This document shows, piece by piece, positions 36,773 to 49,414 of a stretch of DNA of 64,000 nucleotides. The stretch comes from Octopus sinensis. Lineage: Eukaryota. Each line of letters opens with the position of its first letter. Within the stretch, counting starts at the first letter, position 1. The notes under the pieces were generated by a model that saw nothing but the letters and a program-made list of their open reading frames with translations, was not told the origin of the DNA and did no database searches. A program made the translations under genes and the position numbers. The stretch covers positions 89,404,001 to 89,468,000 of the forward strand of contig NC_043003.1 of assembly GCF_006345805.1 (NCBI RefSeq). Reading direction: 5' to 3'.

Positions 36773-37959
36773 AGTTCAGCAAAATTGAGATTCAGATGAA
36801 TATGGTACTCAAGTTAAAGGCACCAGAATTTTGCATAGTATTATCCATATAAATCAAATGGTGTGATTATAATCAAAATAAGCAACAAGGATATCCAAGG
36901 TAGTGTAGTACAATTGTTTCATGCTACTTCATTTTATTAAACTTTGTAAGTATTACATCAGTTTTAAAATGTCAAGCAATCTTCAGCCACACATAAAAAT
37001 TTTTAATTAAACGGACAATGCACATTCTTATATTTATTTCATTTGCCAACATTACAAAGAGGGTAGATATATAGACAGAGAGGTTAATTTCATCATTAAG
37101 AACATGGTGGGAGTATGTTCTTCTCTGTCTGTAGATTTTATCACTGAGTTCACTTTGTTATTTAGATCTATCAGTGGGGAGGGCATTTTCTATTCTTGGT
37201 TGAATGGAGACAAACAAGAATTTTTTCAATTTATAGATAGAGGAAGGGGTAGTATAAATGTCAAAGCCATAAATCCATCCTCATTTTGAGGAATTTAGTT
37301 TAGACATATTTGAATGTATTATAGCAAAAGCTAGTAGGCTGAAGTTAGTGGGGTAGGGAGAATAGAGACTACTAATGTTCTAGAGGTTTTCAATGTCTCT
37401 TACCATTTAAAAGCCATACTTCTGTATTGTGAATTTTAAATAGATATCCTTTAGATAATTTTCCAAAGGATACCAATAAATATTAGTATCTTATATAGGG
37501 ATAGAAAATATAGAAATCATTTCATATTTATATAAATATATACATATCCATTTCTATTTATATAGAATCACAGTTAGTAAATAGTGATTTATTTTATTGA
37601 GTTAAATTAAAAGAATATGCTAGACATAATATTTACTAACTGTGGAAAAAAAACCTTATCAATTTAGCACATATATTTAGCTCAATTTAGCACATATAAA
37701 AGTAATGGAAGGGAGGTAATCAAGATGAACCAAATAATTTCCATAGATATATAGAATTTTTTGTAATCTCATATAGGAGAGTATAAAAAAAAATTCTAAT
37801 TTCACTATATTCAAATTTATTTATATAATAAAATTTCTTAGTAATCTATGCAGGTTAAATAAAAGCTAGTATGGTATATTAATTCCTTATTTGGTTACAA
37901 AATATTAAAATTTGAAAATTTAGGAATGGTCAGAATGTTATTATTTAAAATACTTAAAA

Positions 37960-38995
37960 GTACGGGTGGCACAATGTATACAGGATACTCCCAGTTCAGA
38001 ATGGTTATTCAAGAGAACATACTACCACCATGTTCTTAATGATGAAATTTACCTCTCTGTTTATATATCTACCCTATTTGTAATGTTGGCAAATGAAATA
38101 AGTATACGAATGTGCATTTTCCGTTTAATTAAAAAATTCTATATGTGGCTGAAGATTGCTCGACATTTTAAAACTGATTCTTTCTTGTGTAGAGATTCCG
38201 TCTTTACATTGGTAGAAAGGGAATATGTGAAATTTAGGATTTTTGTCTCTAGCGCAAGAGTTTAGTGGAATTTGACGGTATTGTGGGAGATTTATCTGTT
38301 CTTTATGGACCGCTACTCTTCTATGTAAGGAAGGCTCGTTTGTCCAACATAATTGTGTTGGCAACCGGTGCATGCGAAACATAGATGAGGTTCTTGGAGG
38401 AATAGGAGAAGTTGGTCTTGATTTTAAACTTTTTTCCTTGTTTAAAAGTAAATTCAGAGCCTTCAAGTTGGAAGGGGCAGGTACCACAGTTAGGGCGTGC
38501 ACTTTTTTTAACTGATGGGGGTGGATGTGGTGTGTGAAGTTTGGCATTTGTCAAGAGTTTTTTCAAAGATTTATGTTGCCTTTTGCATTTAAGGATTTTA
38601 TGTGTATTGATAATATTATTCATTTTTGGGTCTGTGGACAGTAAGGGGAGGTTTTGTATGATTGTGGTGTATGCTTCGATATTTTGGGGGTTGTGGGAGG
38701 AAATGTATGGAAGTATTTTGGGGTTGTGTGTGTTACTGTGTTGGGTGGTTTTCAGTGTATTATTGTCTAGTTCTTTGGCACGTTTTATTCCATAGTCTAT
38801 GAATGTGGAGGGATATTGGCATTGTAATAGTGTTTTTTTTTTGAGGTCTTGAAGGCGTATTTCTCGAGTTTTTGGATCCAAGACAATGGTGCATACCCTT
38901 TTGGCTAAGTTGAAAGGGATATTTATCTTGGTGTGTTTTGGGTGGCATGAACTGAAGAGGAGGCATTGTTGTGAGTCTGTAGGTTTGTGGTAGAT
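37960..38995 (-). mobile_element. Penelope-like element 3' part (RT C-terminus and GIY-YIG endonuclease)
   Basis: TTDIYHKPTDSQQCLLFSSCHPKHTKINIPF, CGTCPF and SKNLIYV/CTGCQHNYVGQTSL (GIY-YIG, frameshifted). Confidence 0.88.
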
Positions 38996-39500
38996 GTCGG
39001 TTGTGATTTGGTTGCAACCGTGGTAATTCATATCTTGCATTCTTACTAATATTATTTGTAGTTTCTGAAATGAGCACTCGAGTATTTGTTTCAACTCCAT
39101 CTTGCAACTTTTTTCTTAATGCTGAAATGGCGAATCGTACTTCCACTGCATTCAGTGCTGGTTCATGATCATGACTATTGATTGTTGAAATAATTATAGG
39201 TTCACCTGGTTTGTTCTCTGTATGAACGCAAGTACAACGTGTATTACGAATCTCACAGCACCAATTTCCTTGATTATCGGAACTAAACTTATGAAAGTCG
39301 TAAACATAATTAAGTTCATCAATCAATTTGTCTTTTTCTCACTTTTAGGGTTTCTTAAAATTGGAAATATTTGTTATCCTGCGGGTGAAATGACGTATGG
39401 GCAAACGGACTCCATAGTGGGTGAAATGACTGGATACCGATTTGAAAAATTGTCTGGGACTAAATTTATTGGGACTGAATTTTCCCAGAACCATATATAT
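38990..39500 (-). mobile_element. Left end of a MULE-like DNA transposon (FLYWCH-like domain)
   Basis: MIDELNYVYDFHKFSSDNQGNWCCEIRNTRC...SHDHEP. The upstream TIR-like segment carries repeated gtcatttcaccc. Confidence 0.55.
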
Positions 39501-40824
39501 ATTATATGTAGAAAAATACAAACCGGGACAAGAATGTAAAACATTTAGAAGACGATACAAAAAACACGGATGGGACATTCGAAGCCTTCAATCTTCAGTC
39601 AAGAACCGGATCATCCTAGCAATTTTGGCTGATTAATCTTGAGATCGCTCTGACATATATATATAAAAATATCAAGAGAGAAGAGGAGGGTGGTGAACTT
39701 CCACAATATATAATCAATGTGAAGAGTGATTTTGTTTTTGGTTTTTTGCTTTTTGAATATTGTTTTAGTTAATTTTATTTTAAGCTAATATTTTTCTTTT
39801 GAAAATCAATATTCATTTTATCATGTATAAGCATCAAGAAATCTGATGAAGTTCAATTTTAAATATTGTATGTACAGCATATTTCCTGATACTATGGTAA
39901 CACTCTAGTTTATTAATAATATAACTGAAAATAGAACATGACAAATTGAAAAATGTTTTAGATTGAAGTTAATTGATAAACTATAATTTTTTTTTATTGA
40001 ATTACTTTTTTTAATTTTACTTTTTCTCATTCTGTTTTAAAATTTTTTCTGATTAGTTTCAAATTAAACAATAGAATTATAATTGGTAACCCTGGCCTGA
40101 ACTAAAAGTCTGTTGAGATTACTCTGAGTAAAACTATATTCTTTATGCTAAACTTCAATTGCAGATATTTTTTATTATCTGAGATTTAGTTGGAAATACA
40201 CACTGTTTATTTGTATATGATTTACTCTGAAGTCTCAAACCTTTTGTGCTTGATTGATTTACAAAGGGGTCTGATACCATTTCTGATGAGGAATATACCT
40301 TTTATACTAGTGCATCTCAATAAAGATCTGAACTTTTTGTCATTTTCCGATAGTTGGCATCTCTGTACCTTTCTCTGTGAATGCCGGTATTGTCTTTAGA
40401 AACACTTTCTTATAGTGTGATGATCTCTTTTATCTGTAAAATCATGTGCTGTCAGTATGAAGGCCTTCTAATAAATGCTATAGAGTTTAGGTAAACACTT
40501 GGTAAGCCTAATCTTCAGCAGATTTTGATTGCTTAGATTGATGATGCTCTTGGGAAATCTAAGTCCTGCTTGTGTCTATAAGACAAACTAATATTATAAA
40601 ATAATATATTTCACAGGGCAAACTAATATTACTATTTGCTCTGTTCTTATAGAACAGATTACTACCTGCTCTATAGGACAAACTAATATTACTGACAACT
40701 CTTTATGACAAACTAATGTTACTACTTGCTCTATTTATGAATGTGTATTTTCATTTCTAAGGAATATTCTCTGTTTTAATTAGTAACCTTTAATGTCTTT
40801 GTTTGACCTTGTTTTCTTTTTCAG

Positions 40825-40989
40825 TTATTGTCATCCGAAACAGTGAATTACTCTGTGGTGCGATGGACAAAGCCACGCTTGGCTCAGGTTCCAAAAACAA
40901 TATTTTTTACGTGATATTACGAGACTATGGAGAGTTACATGCATCCATCACTTTGTCCAGACTTGCTAGACTCTGTCCAGCCTTCTTGT
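40825..40989 (+). CDS. POLR3A: POLR3A exon G: (F)[54 protein letters not shown]
   Basis: Acceptor ctttttcag|TT. Donor T|gtgtgt is the only GT that keeps phase 1. Confidence 0.93.
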
Positions 40990-41169
40990 GTGTGTATTAA
41001 TTCTTTACACATCTCGTTTATATATTAAAAATATATTTATGTATTTAAGAATTTAATTATACATATAAAATATATATATATATAGATAAAATACATTGAT
41101 ATTAGGTTAGAAAGAAAATTCTGTTGCATTTCATGACAAAAAAAAAACAGATGCTACTTTGGCCTTAAT

Positions 41170-41930
41170 TGATATATTTAATCAAGATGATATTTCCTCT
41201 CATTATTGATAACATAATCCCATCTATTTGGTCCTTTGTTATTTCCTCCATAAGGCTCAGCATCTTGAAATCAGTCTTCACTACTTTGTCCCTTGTTTCT
41301 AGGTTTCCCTCTTCTACAAATTCCATCCAATTTAAGCACTCAGCACTTCTTTAAGCAGTTCTCTTTCATATGCATCACATGACCAAAACAGCACAGTCTT
41401 CTCTCTCTTATATACAACATCTGATTCCTCCTATGTCTAATTTTTCTCCCTGTTCATTAGCACATTGTTGTACATGCACACTGATATTGCACATCCAGCA
41501 GAGCATACTAGCTTCATTTCTCTCCAGTCTATGCATGTCTTCTGCATTCAGTGCTCATGTCTCACTACCATTTAGTATTACTGTTCATAAGCAGGCATTA
41601 TACAATCTCCCTTTTACTTGGAGAGACCTTTTGTTACAAACAGAAGTAATGGCTCTCTGAACTTTCTTCATCATATTCTTATTCTAGCAACTATATTTTC
41701 AGAGCATTTCCTCCACTGCTAATTTAGTCACTTAGATAAGAGAAACTTTCTGCTGCCTCTACGACATACAAAAAAGTCTATTTTCTGTGTGTCCTTAATG
41801 TTCATTGGTACCATACTTCTTTCACATACAAACACTATTTTCTCTGTTAGCCTTTGATTCCACTGCACTTTTTGTGTGTCCATAGGTTGCCCTGCGTACA
41901 CCATATGGATGGAAAGTAGGGGAGAGTAGG
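41170..41930 (-). mobile_element. Old RTE LINE fragments
   Basis: Reverse-complement similarity to the RTE C-terminal region (catcacatgaccaaaac..., ggcattatacaatctccc). Confidence 0.7.
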
Positions 41931-42252
41931 TGATGGCTAAAGACGAGGAAGAATACAAGGTGAACATAATGAATGGTGGAGAAGTGAATACTGATACATA
42001 TGGTCTTTCTTTCACACACACACGAACACAGTTATCATGCAGATATATATATACATTTACTGCACATAAGCACGCACATGCACACACAGAGATCTAGTAT
42101 GTAAATGGGGAACATACATTTATCTCATACACATACACACACAGAGGATTGTAACAATGAAATTGAAACATTTACCTTTTTATCCATTTTTGGTGAAAAA
42201 AGCTGTTAAATTTATTCTAAAAATTAATTTGATTTTTTTCCTATTTTTGCAG

Positions 42253-42337
42253 CTAATCGTGGTTTTTCTATTGGAATTGGTGATGTCACTCCTGGTCAAG
42301 GGTTAATTAATGCCAAAAATCAGCTATTACATAATGG
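42253..42337 (+). CDS. POLR3A: POLR3A exon H: (S)[27 protein letters not shown](G)
   Basis: Acceptor tttttgcag|CT, donor GG|gtcagt. Contains the GFSIGIGDV motif. Confidence 0.94.
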
Positions 42338-42370
42338 GTCAGTATCTATTTATCTATCTCTCTCTCACTA

Positions 42371-42404
<34 letters not shown>

Positions 42405-42559
42405 AATATGTATTTATAAGCATAATGAATGCCTTGTTTTTCATGATATAACCGTTTTTGTACACGTATATATTTAGATAAGTTAAAATGTGTGACCAGT
42501 CGGATTTCCTAAGAGGACAAACTGTTGCAGAGTTGGCTGCAGCTTTAATCACTAAAACT

Positions 42560-42945
42560 GCTGAATTGTGAATGCTTCAAGAGATATAATCTCTAAAATC
42601 ATGTTGGTATTCCAAAACTAAGATAAAACCAGCTCTGGCAATTATAATTCTGGACAGAGGGCAAAGCTCAAAGAGACGGGCTGCAGTGTAGTGAAACATA
42701 TTGTCTAAAGCCATTGAACTATAGCTGCAAATGTGACAGAAAAGCTAAACCACCACTTTGCTAACCTTCCGTCAACCAAACCTGTTCCTCAGGATCTCAA
42801 TAAAGCTGGATTCCATGGGAGAGCTGCAATTGTTAAACCTCTCCTGTCATCAATAAGTTGATAAGTTACTATCAGGAGTGTTCAGAGGCTCAAGGGAACT
42901 ATGTCATCTTGTCTGATGAATCTTCATTTACTCCTTTTTCCCAGA
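42560..42945 (+). mobile_element. Tc1-like transposase fragment
   Basis: ...NKAGFHGRAAIVKPLLS... and VILSDESSF. Confidence 0.7.
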
Positions 42946-42949
42946 TTGC

Positions 42950-45900
42950 AATGTATCAGAAAGAATAGAGATGTTGTGGGTAAGATGATGGGTATGAATG
43001 GATAAAGGTATGCTTGCATTTCAGAAAAGAAAGATGCATGAAATGCTACTATGAAATGTTGCTAAATGTGGAGAATGCAACAGAGAAAGAGTTTTTTAAA
43101 TACAGACCCAACTGAGGGACCAGCCATTAGAGTTGCCAGCAATATGATTGATAAGGCAATTAAGAATATAAAGACAGAGAAAGCCTTGGGCTCATCAGGA
43201 ATCACACTAACATGCTTAAAGTATCTGGTGGAGTAGGATATGGCCTAGTCACTTGTATAGTTAATCAGGTTATCCAGAAAGGCATCATCCCCAATGACTA
43301 TGTAGTAGTGTTACAGTTAGTTGTTACAAGGGTAAAAGTGATACTTTAGATCAGTGATTCCGAACCGATTTTGGGCCATGCCCCACCGAATCATTTCTAA
43401 AATCCTGATGTCCCCTTGTAATATTTAATTTTTGTTATTCAAACTTTGATTAATGTTTACATAACTACCTGGAAACAAAAAAATAGTGCAATGGACGTAA
43501 AAAAAATGTGTAGGAAATGAATATGAAAAAAAAAAAATGTGCAGAAATCAATGGGGGTGGACTTTAGAAAATTCACAAGATCTGAGTTTTTCCCTCAACT
43601 TTTAGGAAAATTTTTTTTTTTTATTAAATGAAATTTTATATAAAGACCTTTCAACCGGCATATAAAGAAATTTGTGGGAAAATCTTTTCCGAGGGGTGGG
43701 GAGAGGACTTTGGAAAATTCACAAGATCTGAGTTTTTCACTCATAACTTGGTGACAGTTTATCGTAGATAGTGCGTATAAATCCAAATTTAAATATTCCT
43801 CTAAATATTGATGAACTTTTTTTTTACTTGCACTACTGTATATTTGAATTGGCAAAACTACAGATTTCTGTACCCCTGATTTTGGATGATCATAATTTTC
43901 AGAAAAATGGATATTTTTAATGAAATTGTCTGTAAATATGTGTTATATCATGTAGATTCCGAATATACGAAATTTTGGTGGGAAAGTGTTTTAGGAGGCG
44001 TTGGTGTGGGTAATTTCGGAAATTTCACCGGAGTCCACTTCAATTCATCTTAACTTTCAAGAAAATGGATATTTTTTAACGAGATTCTCTACAAATATAC
44101 TTTGGACTATGTAGATTCCAAGGACATAGGAATTTTGGGGAAAAACAATTGGGGGCTATTTTTGAGAAGTGTTCCTCACTCATGGTTGTTTCTGAACAAG
44201 TCTTCCATATTTGTTTCATTTTCTCCGTTTTGTGCATTTGTGCATCCATAGATTTCTAACACACACACATATGTAATTAAAAAAGTTCAAACGGGGAATT
44301 ATTTCATTCAATATCATGTTTATTATAGAGATTATGTAACAAATTATGCTTTACACTTCTATATTCAACTGTGCGTGTATATTCCTTATTTTTGCTTCTG
44401 GTGTTTTCTGCCTTTCTGTTAGAAATGTTTATCTGAGAATTTACTTAAAGGGAAAAAAATGTTGTATGCAACAGATGAGTTGTCTTAATAGCATATTTCT
44501 GTGTACCAGACCTTTAACTGTTATTTTTAGCATAACTTACTTCCACTCCATTTCAACCCATTTCACACCATTCAACTCTTTCATCCCTCACCCACCAAAT
44601 GCTATTTATTGCCCTATCAACACTCTGCAGCAGCACATTTTTCTTGTGTATCAGAGATAAAAGAGTCAATACTCTTAGACACACCAGCACACTTAAGTCT
44701 GTCTCTAGTTTATTTCTCCATACGGAATTAAGATGGCATTGCTTTTCAGTACTGACCAGTTCTATACTACATACATGCATGCATGCACACACACACAAAC
44801 GCACACATACACAAACACACACACATACGTGTTTGTAATTACCTACATGTTTTCACATAACACTGAATTGAAAGAAATAATCTTATTCCCTCTTTAGTGA
44901 CATCAGATCTTATGAATATGATGAAAACAACCTAAAGTGAAAACAACCTAAAGTGTCCAAAATTTGATAAAATTGTCCACAGAAGGGATGTAAAGAATTT
45001 TTTTAAAAATAACTCATTCTCGAATTGCCCCCTTTCTCTTATTGGTATACTAAACATTGTATATAAAAGGTATACAACATAACCCTACACATGCCTCACC
45101 AAAATATTACTATGCCCCATCAAAATTTTACCATGTGCCCCACGTTGGGAATCACAGCTTTAGATAGAAACAACTACAGAGATATCAGGCTGCTGGACCA
45201 GGTCATGAAAGTTAGTGAGAGAGCTATAGTCCAAATGATTAGGAATACAATTAAACTTGATGAGATGCAGTTTGATTTTGTGTCTGCAAAGACTATCACA
45301 GATAACAGCTTCCTAGTGAGACAGCTGCAGGAGAAAGTAAATCATTGTAAATCGAAAGTAAATCGTTATACATGGCTTTTGTCATCTTGTACGTGGCTTT
45401 TGTCTCGCTCTCTTATTTGGTGGACTCTAAAGACATCAAGAATAGATTAGTGACTTGTTAGAACCATACAAGTCATGTATTATGGAGTTGTCAATAGGGT
45501 AAGAGTCGGCCATGAGCACAGAGATGACTTTAGTGTACAAGTCGTGGTTCACCAGCGCTCTATTCTCAGTTCCCTATTATTCATCATAGTTCTTCAGGCC
45601 ATAACTGGCTGCTCATGGGAACTACTATATACTGATGACCTTGCTTGTTTAACAGAATCTGTAGTAGAATTGGGGAAGAAATTCCAGGTATGGAAGCAAA
45701 ACCTGTGATCAAAGGGCCTTACAGTTAATCTAGTAAAATCAAAGTTGTTGTTTGCAAGAAGGTGGATAAGAATCTCTTTCCATCAAGTAAATGGCCTTGC
45801 TCAATATATAGGAAAAGTATTGGCAGGAATTCTATTCATCGCACCCAGTACAAGATGCAGTGGAATCACAAGTAGGTTAGCAGAGAAGGTTGTCTTTGTG

Positions 45901-46560
45901 TATGGCAGATGCACAGGAACAATAAGCACTAAAGAAACAGAGTGGTTCGACTCTCTCAAATGCCCAAGAAGTTCCCTTGAGGTTGTACATAGTTTCTGTT
46001 ACCTAGGTGACTAAATTAGCAGTAGCAGAGGATATTCTGAAAGTATTGTCGAATAAGATGGTGGAATTTCAAAGAGCTATTACTTCTGTTGGTAACAAAA
46101 GGCCTCTCTCTCTTAGAATGAAAGGCAGATTGTATGATGCCTGTGTATGGACAGCTATGCTCCATGGTAGTGACACATGGATCCTGAATGCAAACGATAT
46201 GCGCAGACTAGACAGCTATGAAGCTAGTGTGCATTGATGGATGTGCAATATGAATGTGCATGTGTGGTAAAGTGCAAAAGTGCTGAGAGAAAAGTTGGGC
46301 ATAAGAGGAATCAGATATAGCATGTATGAGAGATGGTTACATTGCTTTGGATATGTGATGCATATAAATGAAGACAGCTGTATAAAGCAGTGCTGGTCAC
46401 TTAAAGTGGATAGCAATTGTGGAAGAGGGAGACCTAGGAAGACATGGGATTAAGTAGTGAGGACCTATATAATGATGTTAGGCCTCACGGAGGAGATGAC
46501 CATGGGTTGAAGTGTCTGGTAATTAATTAGAGGTTCTTGAGAAGACCTGCCCACTTCAGC
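42950..46560 (+). mobile_element. Old RTE LINE split by a hAT insertion (42950-43351 and 45158-46560)
   Basis: The RT sequence ...gatactttagat|agaaacaactacaga resumes in register after the hAT element. Confidence 0.85.
43352..45157. mobile_element. Non-autonomous hAT (Charlie-like) element, 1806 bp
   Basis: Termini cagtgattccgaac / gttgggaatcacag. 8-bp TSD ctttagat at 43344-43351 and 45158-45165. Confidence 0.85.
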
Positions 46561-47109
46561 AAAACTGTTCTGGAAGTGTCTTCCTACATATAACATTAAT
46601 TCACACTCTACTCCAATGAACCGTGTCCTTTTCATGCACTATGCTTTTTTCTCTCTAACCCCCTCCCACAGCCCAATGCTGCTCTGTCATCTCTCTCACC
46701 TATCCGCCCTCTGCTATCTATCATTGCTATCCCTCTTTCCTTCCCTTCTCTCCCCCTTTGCATCTTTGCAAACTCCCTATCCACACACCCTAGCAATCTT
46801 CTACAATTCTATTTATATTAACACCCTTCTACCTTGAGACTATGCACTGGCACATTGCTAACTTTTTTCTGCCCCCTTCTCTCTCTTGCTTTCTTACTCT
46901 TGCTATCTCTTATTCCCACTCGCTCTTACTCTTGCTCTATCTATCTCTTTCTCTGTCTTTCTTCCTCTCTCTGATAAACATGTATCTCCTCTACAGCAAG
47001 ACACCTGTATCTGTCCCTTTGCCATATCTAACCTCTCATCGCCTGGCACAAAACTATCTCCTTCAATACCACTCTCTTTCTTAGTTGAGGGATTTTTGTC
47101 AGGCAAGTT

Positions 47110-47395
47110 ATGTGGTGATATCTTGCTGGTGCCATGTAAAAAGCACCCAGTCTACTCTGTGAAGTGGCTGGCTTTAAGAAAGCTCTCCAGCCATAAAACC
47201 ATTTCAAAGCAGAACTCACTGGTGCTAGTACCACATAAAAAGCACCCAGTTCACTATGTTAAGCGGTTGGTGTTAGGAAGGACATCCAACCGTAAAAGCC
47301 ATGCCAAAGCTTGGTACAGTCCCTAGGTTTATGAACTTCTGTCAAACCATCCAACCCATGCCAGCATGGAGGATGGATGTTAAATGATGTTGATG
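47110..47395 (+). mobile_element. Decayed RTE 3'UTR fragment
   Basis: aaaaagcaccc modules, gttaggaagg.catcca and catgccagcatgga tail. Confidence 0.7.
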
Positions 47396-47458
47396 ATATA
47401 TATGTGTGTGCATGTATGTATGTTTATATATGTATATGTGTTTTTTTATATATATGTG

Positions 47459-47517
<59 letters not shown>

Positions 47518-48289
47518 TTCCTGATGTGAAGTCGTGTGTCGAAACAGGATGGACATTTTCTTCTTTTTTTTGCCAAATAAGCACACACACACACTATATA
47601 TTTATTCTTCACTTGTTTATTACCGTTCTTATTCTAACTAATGTCCAATGTCTGGAAATCTTTTGACATACATCTGTGACACACTTCCCATCTTTGTGTG
47701 TGCTCTTACTTTGCTTATACCATAACAATATATATATATATATACACACACACATGTGTGTATGTATATATGTCTCTTTGTATCACTCTCTCTCTCTCTC
47801 TCTCTCTCTCTGTATATATCTATATATATAAATATTCCTACCCTTCATTTCCCTGTCATTCATCTTTCTTTTCTTTTATTTGTTGTTATTTTTCTGCCTG
47901 TCTAATTACAGGTACACTTTTAGTTACACTGTATCAAGTGGTCCTTGATATTCTATATCATCCTCTCTGACTGCCAGACACCACTACCTACCTCCTATTG
48001 CTGCTCATCATTCTTACCATTGATTACCTTCATCTCTTTTACGATATAATATTTTTTCTTCTCCATACTCTAATGCAACGTTCTTCCACCTTTTTTTATT
48101 CTTCTTTTGTCATCACTCTCTTTTCCACTCACTTCTCAGACATGTTATCTTGAGGTATGAATGCATCACAGAGTAGCAAGGAGCCCCCAGTCTTATGTTT
48201 TACAAAGTAACTTCACCGGTCCTGGTGCTACAATCAACCCAACCCAGTACAGATTCAGACCATGGGAATTCGTTTAATCCATCTCAGTT

Positions 48290-48510
48290 TGGAAAGTGTG
48301 TGTTGCTCCAGTCCACTCAGCTGGCAAAAGTGAGTTGTACCTGTAATTCAAAGGGCCAGCCTTGTCATATTCTGTGTCATGCTGAATCTCACAGAAAACT
48401 ACATTAAGGGTGTGCGTGTCTGTGGAGTGCTCAGCCACTTGCACATTAATTTCACAAGCAGGAGTTCCATTGATCAGATCAACTGGAGCACTTGCTGTAA
48501 CCAATGGAGT
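48290..48510 (+). mobile_element. SINE body fragment (family of 61678-62063)
   Basis: ccagtccactcagctgg...caaagggccagccttgtca...gtggagtgctcagccacttgc. Confidence 0.75.
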
Positions 48511-49414
48511 GCCAGTTATGATATGTTATGTTATGTTATGTGTGTGTGTGTGTGTGTGTGTGCATGCATGTATGAGTCAGCCAGTCAGTCATCATTTTTA
48601 ATGTCCACTTTTCTGTGTTAGACAAAGTTTTTTGAGGCAAATTCTTTTATGGCTGGATGTCCTTCCTGTCACCAATGCACACCTGTTTCCAAGCAAGCTA
48701 ATATTTTCCCATGGCCAGATATGTTTCCACAGCATATTGGTAATGAATGACATTGTTGCATCACATTTACAACTATTTACAACTATAATGTGATGTCAAG
48801 AGAAGGAGACGCACACACATACATGCACTCCCCCACATAAATATCTACACACACACACACACACAAGCTTCTGTCAGTTTCCATCTAGGGCATCCAGCCA
48901 TAGAAAATCTTCCTCAATAAAATCTATCCAACCCATGCAAGCATGGAAAAGTGGATATTAAACAATGGTGGTGATGCTACTGATTGTTATCTATGAATCT
49001 GAGTTGTATAAACAGAGGATAAAGAAATAAAATATTAAATTACCAACAATGAAACTGAAATTCAGTTGAAAATAAATAAAAAAAATGGAAGCAAATAAAA
49101 GATAAAATTAGAGTTTGAATTTAAAAACATTTCAGTTTTTTTCTTTTTCATTGAATTCTGATTTGAGTTTATATTTAATTTTGAGATTTTTTATCGTTGG
49201 AGATGTACTTGTCCAGCAAGTGAGTTGCAAGAGAGTGCAATGGAAATTTTTATATCAATTATTAAGTGATTAAATAAAGTTTACAGTTTCTGTGTATTTT
49301 TGAAGGGTTAATATGTGTCTTCCACTTTATAATTGCTTTATCCTCCAAGAAAACAGTTTAAGAAAATATACCCCCCACCTTCCCCATTAGAAACTTAACG
49401 CAAACTTGTTATTC

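Noticed and set aside
36915-36935. Minus-strand GAAACAAUUGUA palindrome (similar motif near 2890-2910) suggesting hammerhead stem III
   Set aside because: No CUGANGA upstream.
39574-39598. Minus-strand CUGAAGA-UU-GAAGGCUUC-GAAUGUC, hammerhead-like
   Set aside because: The core lacks GAAA and stem I does not pair; at best a dead relic.
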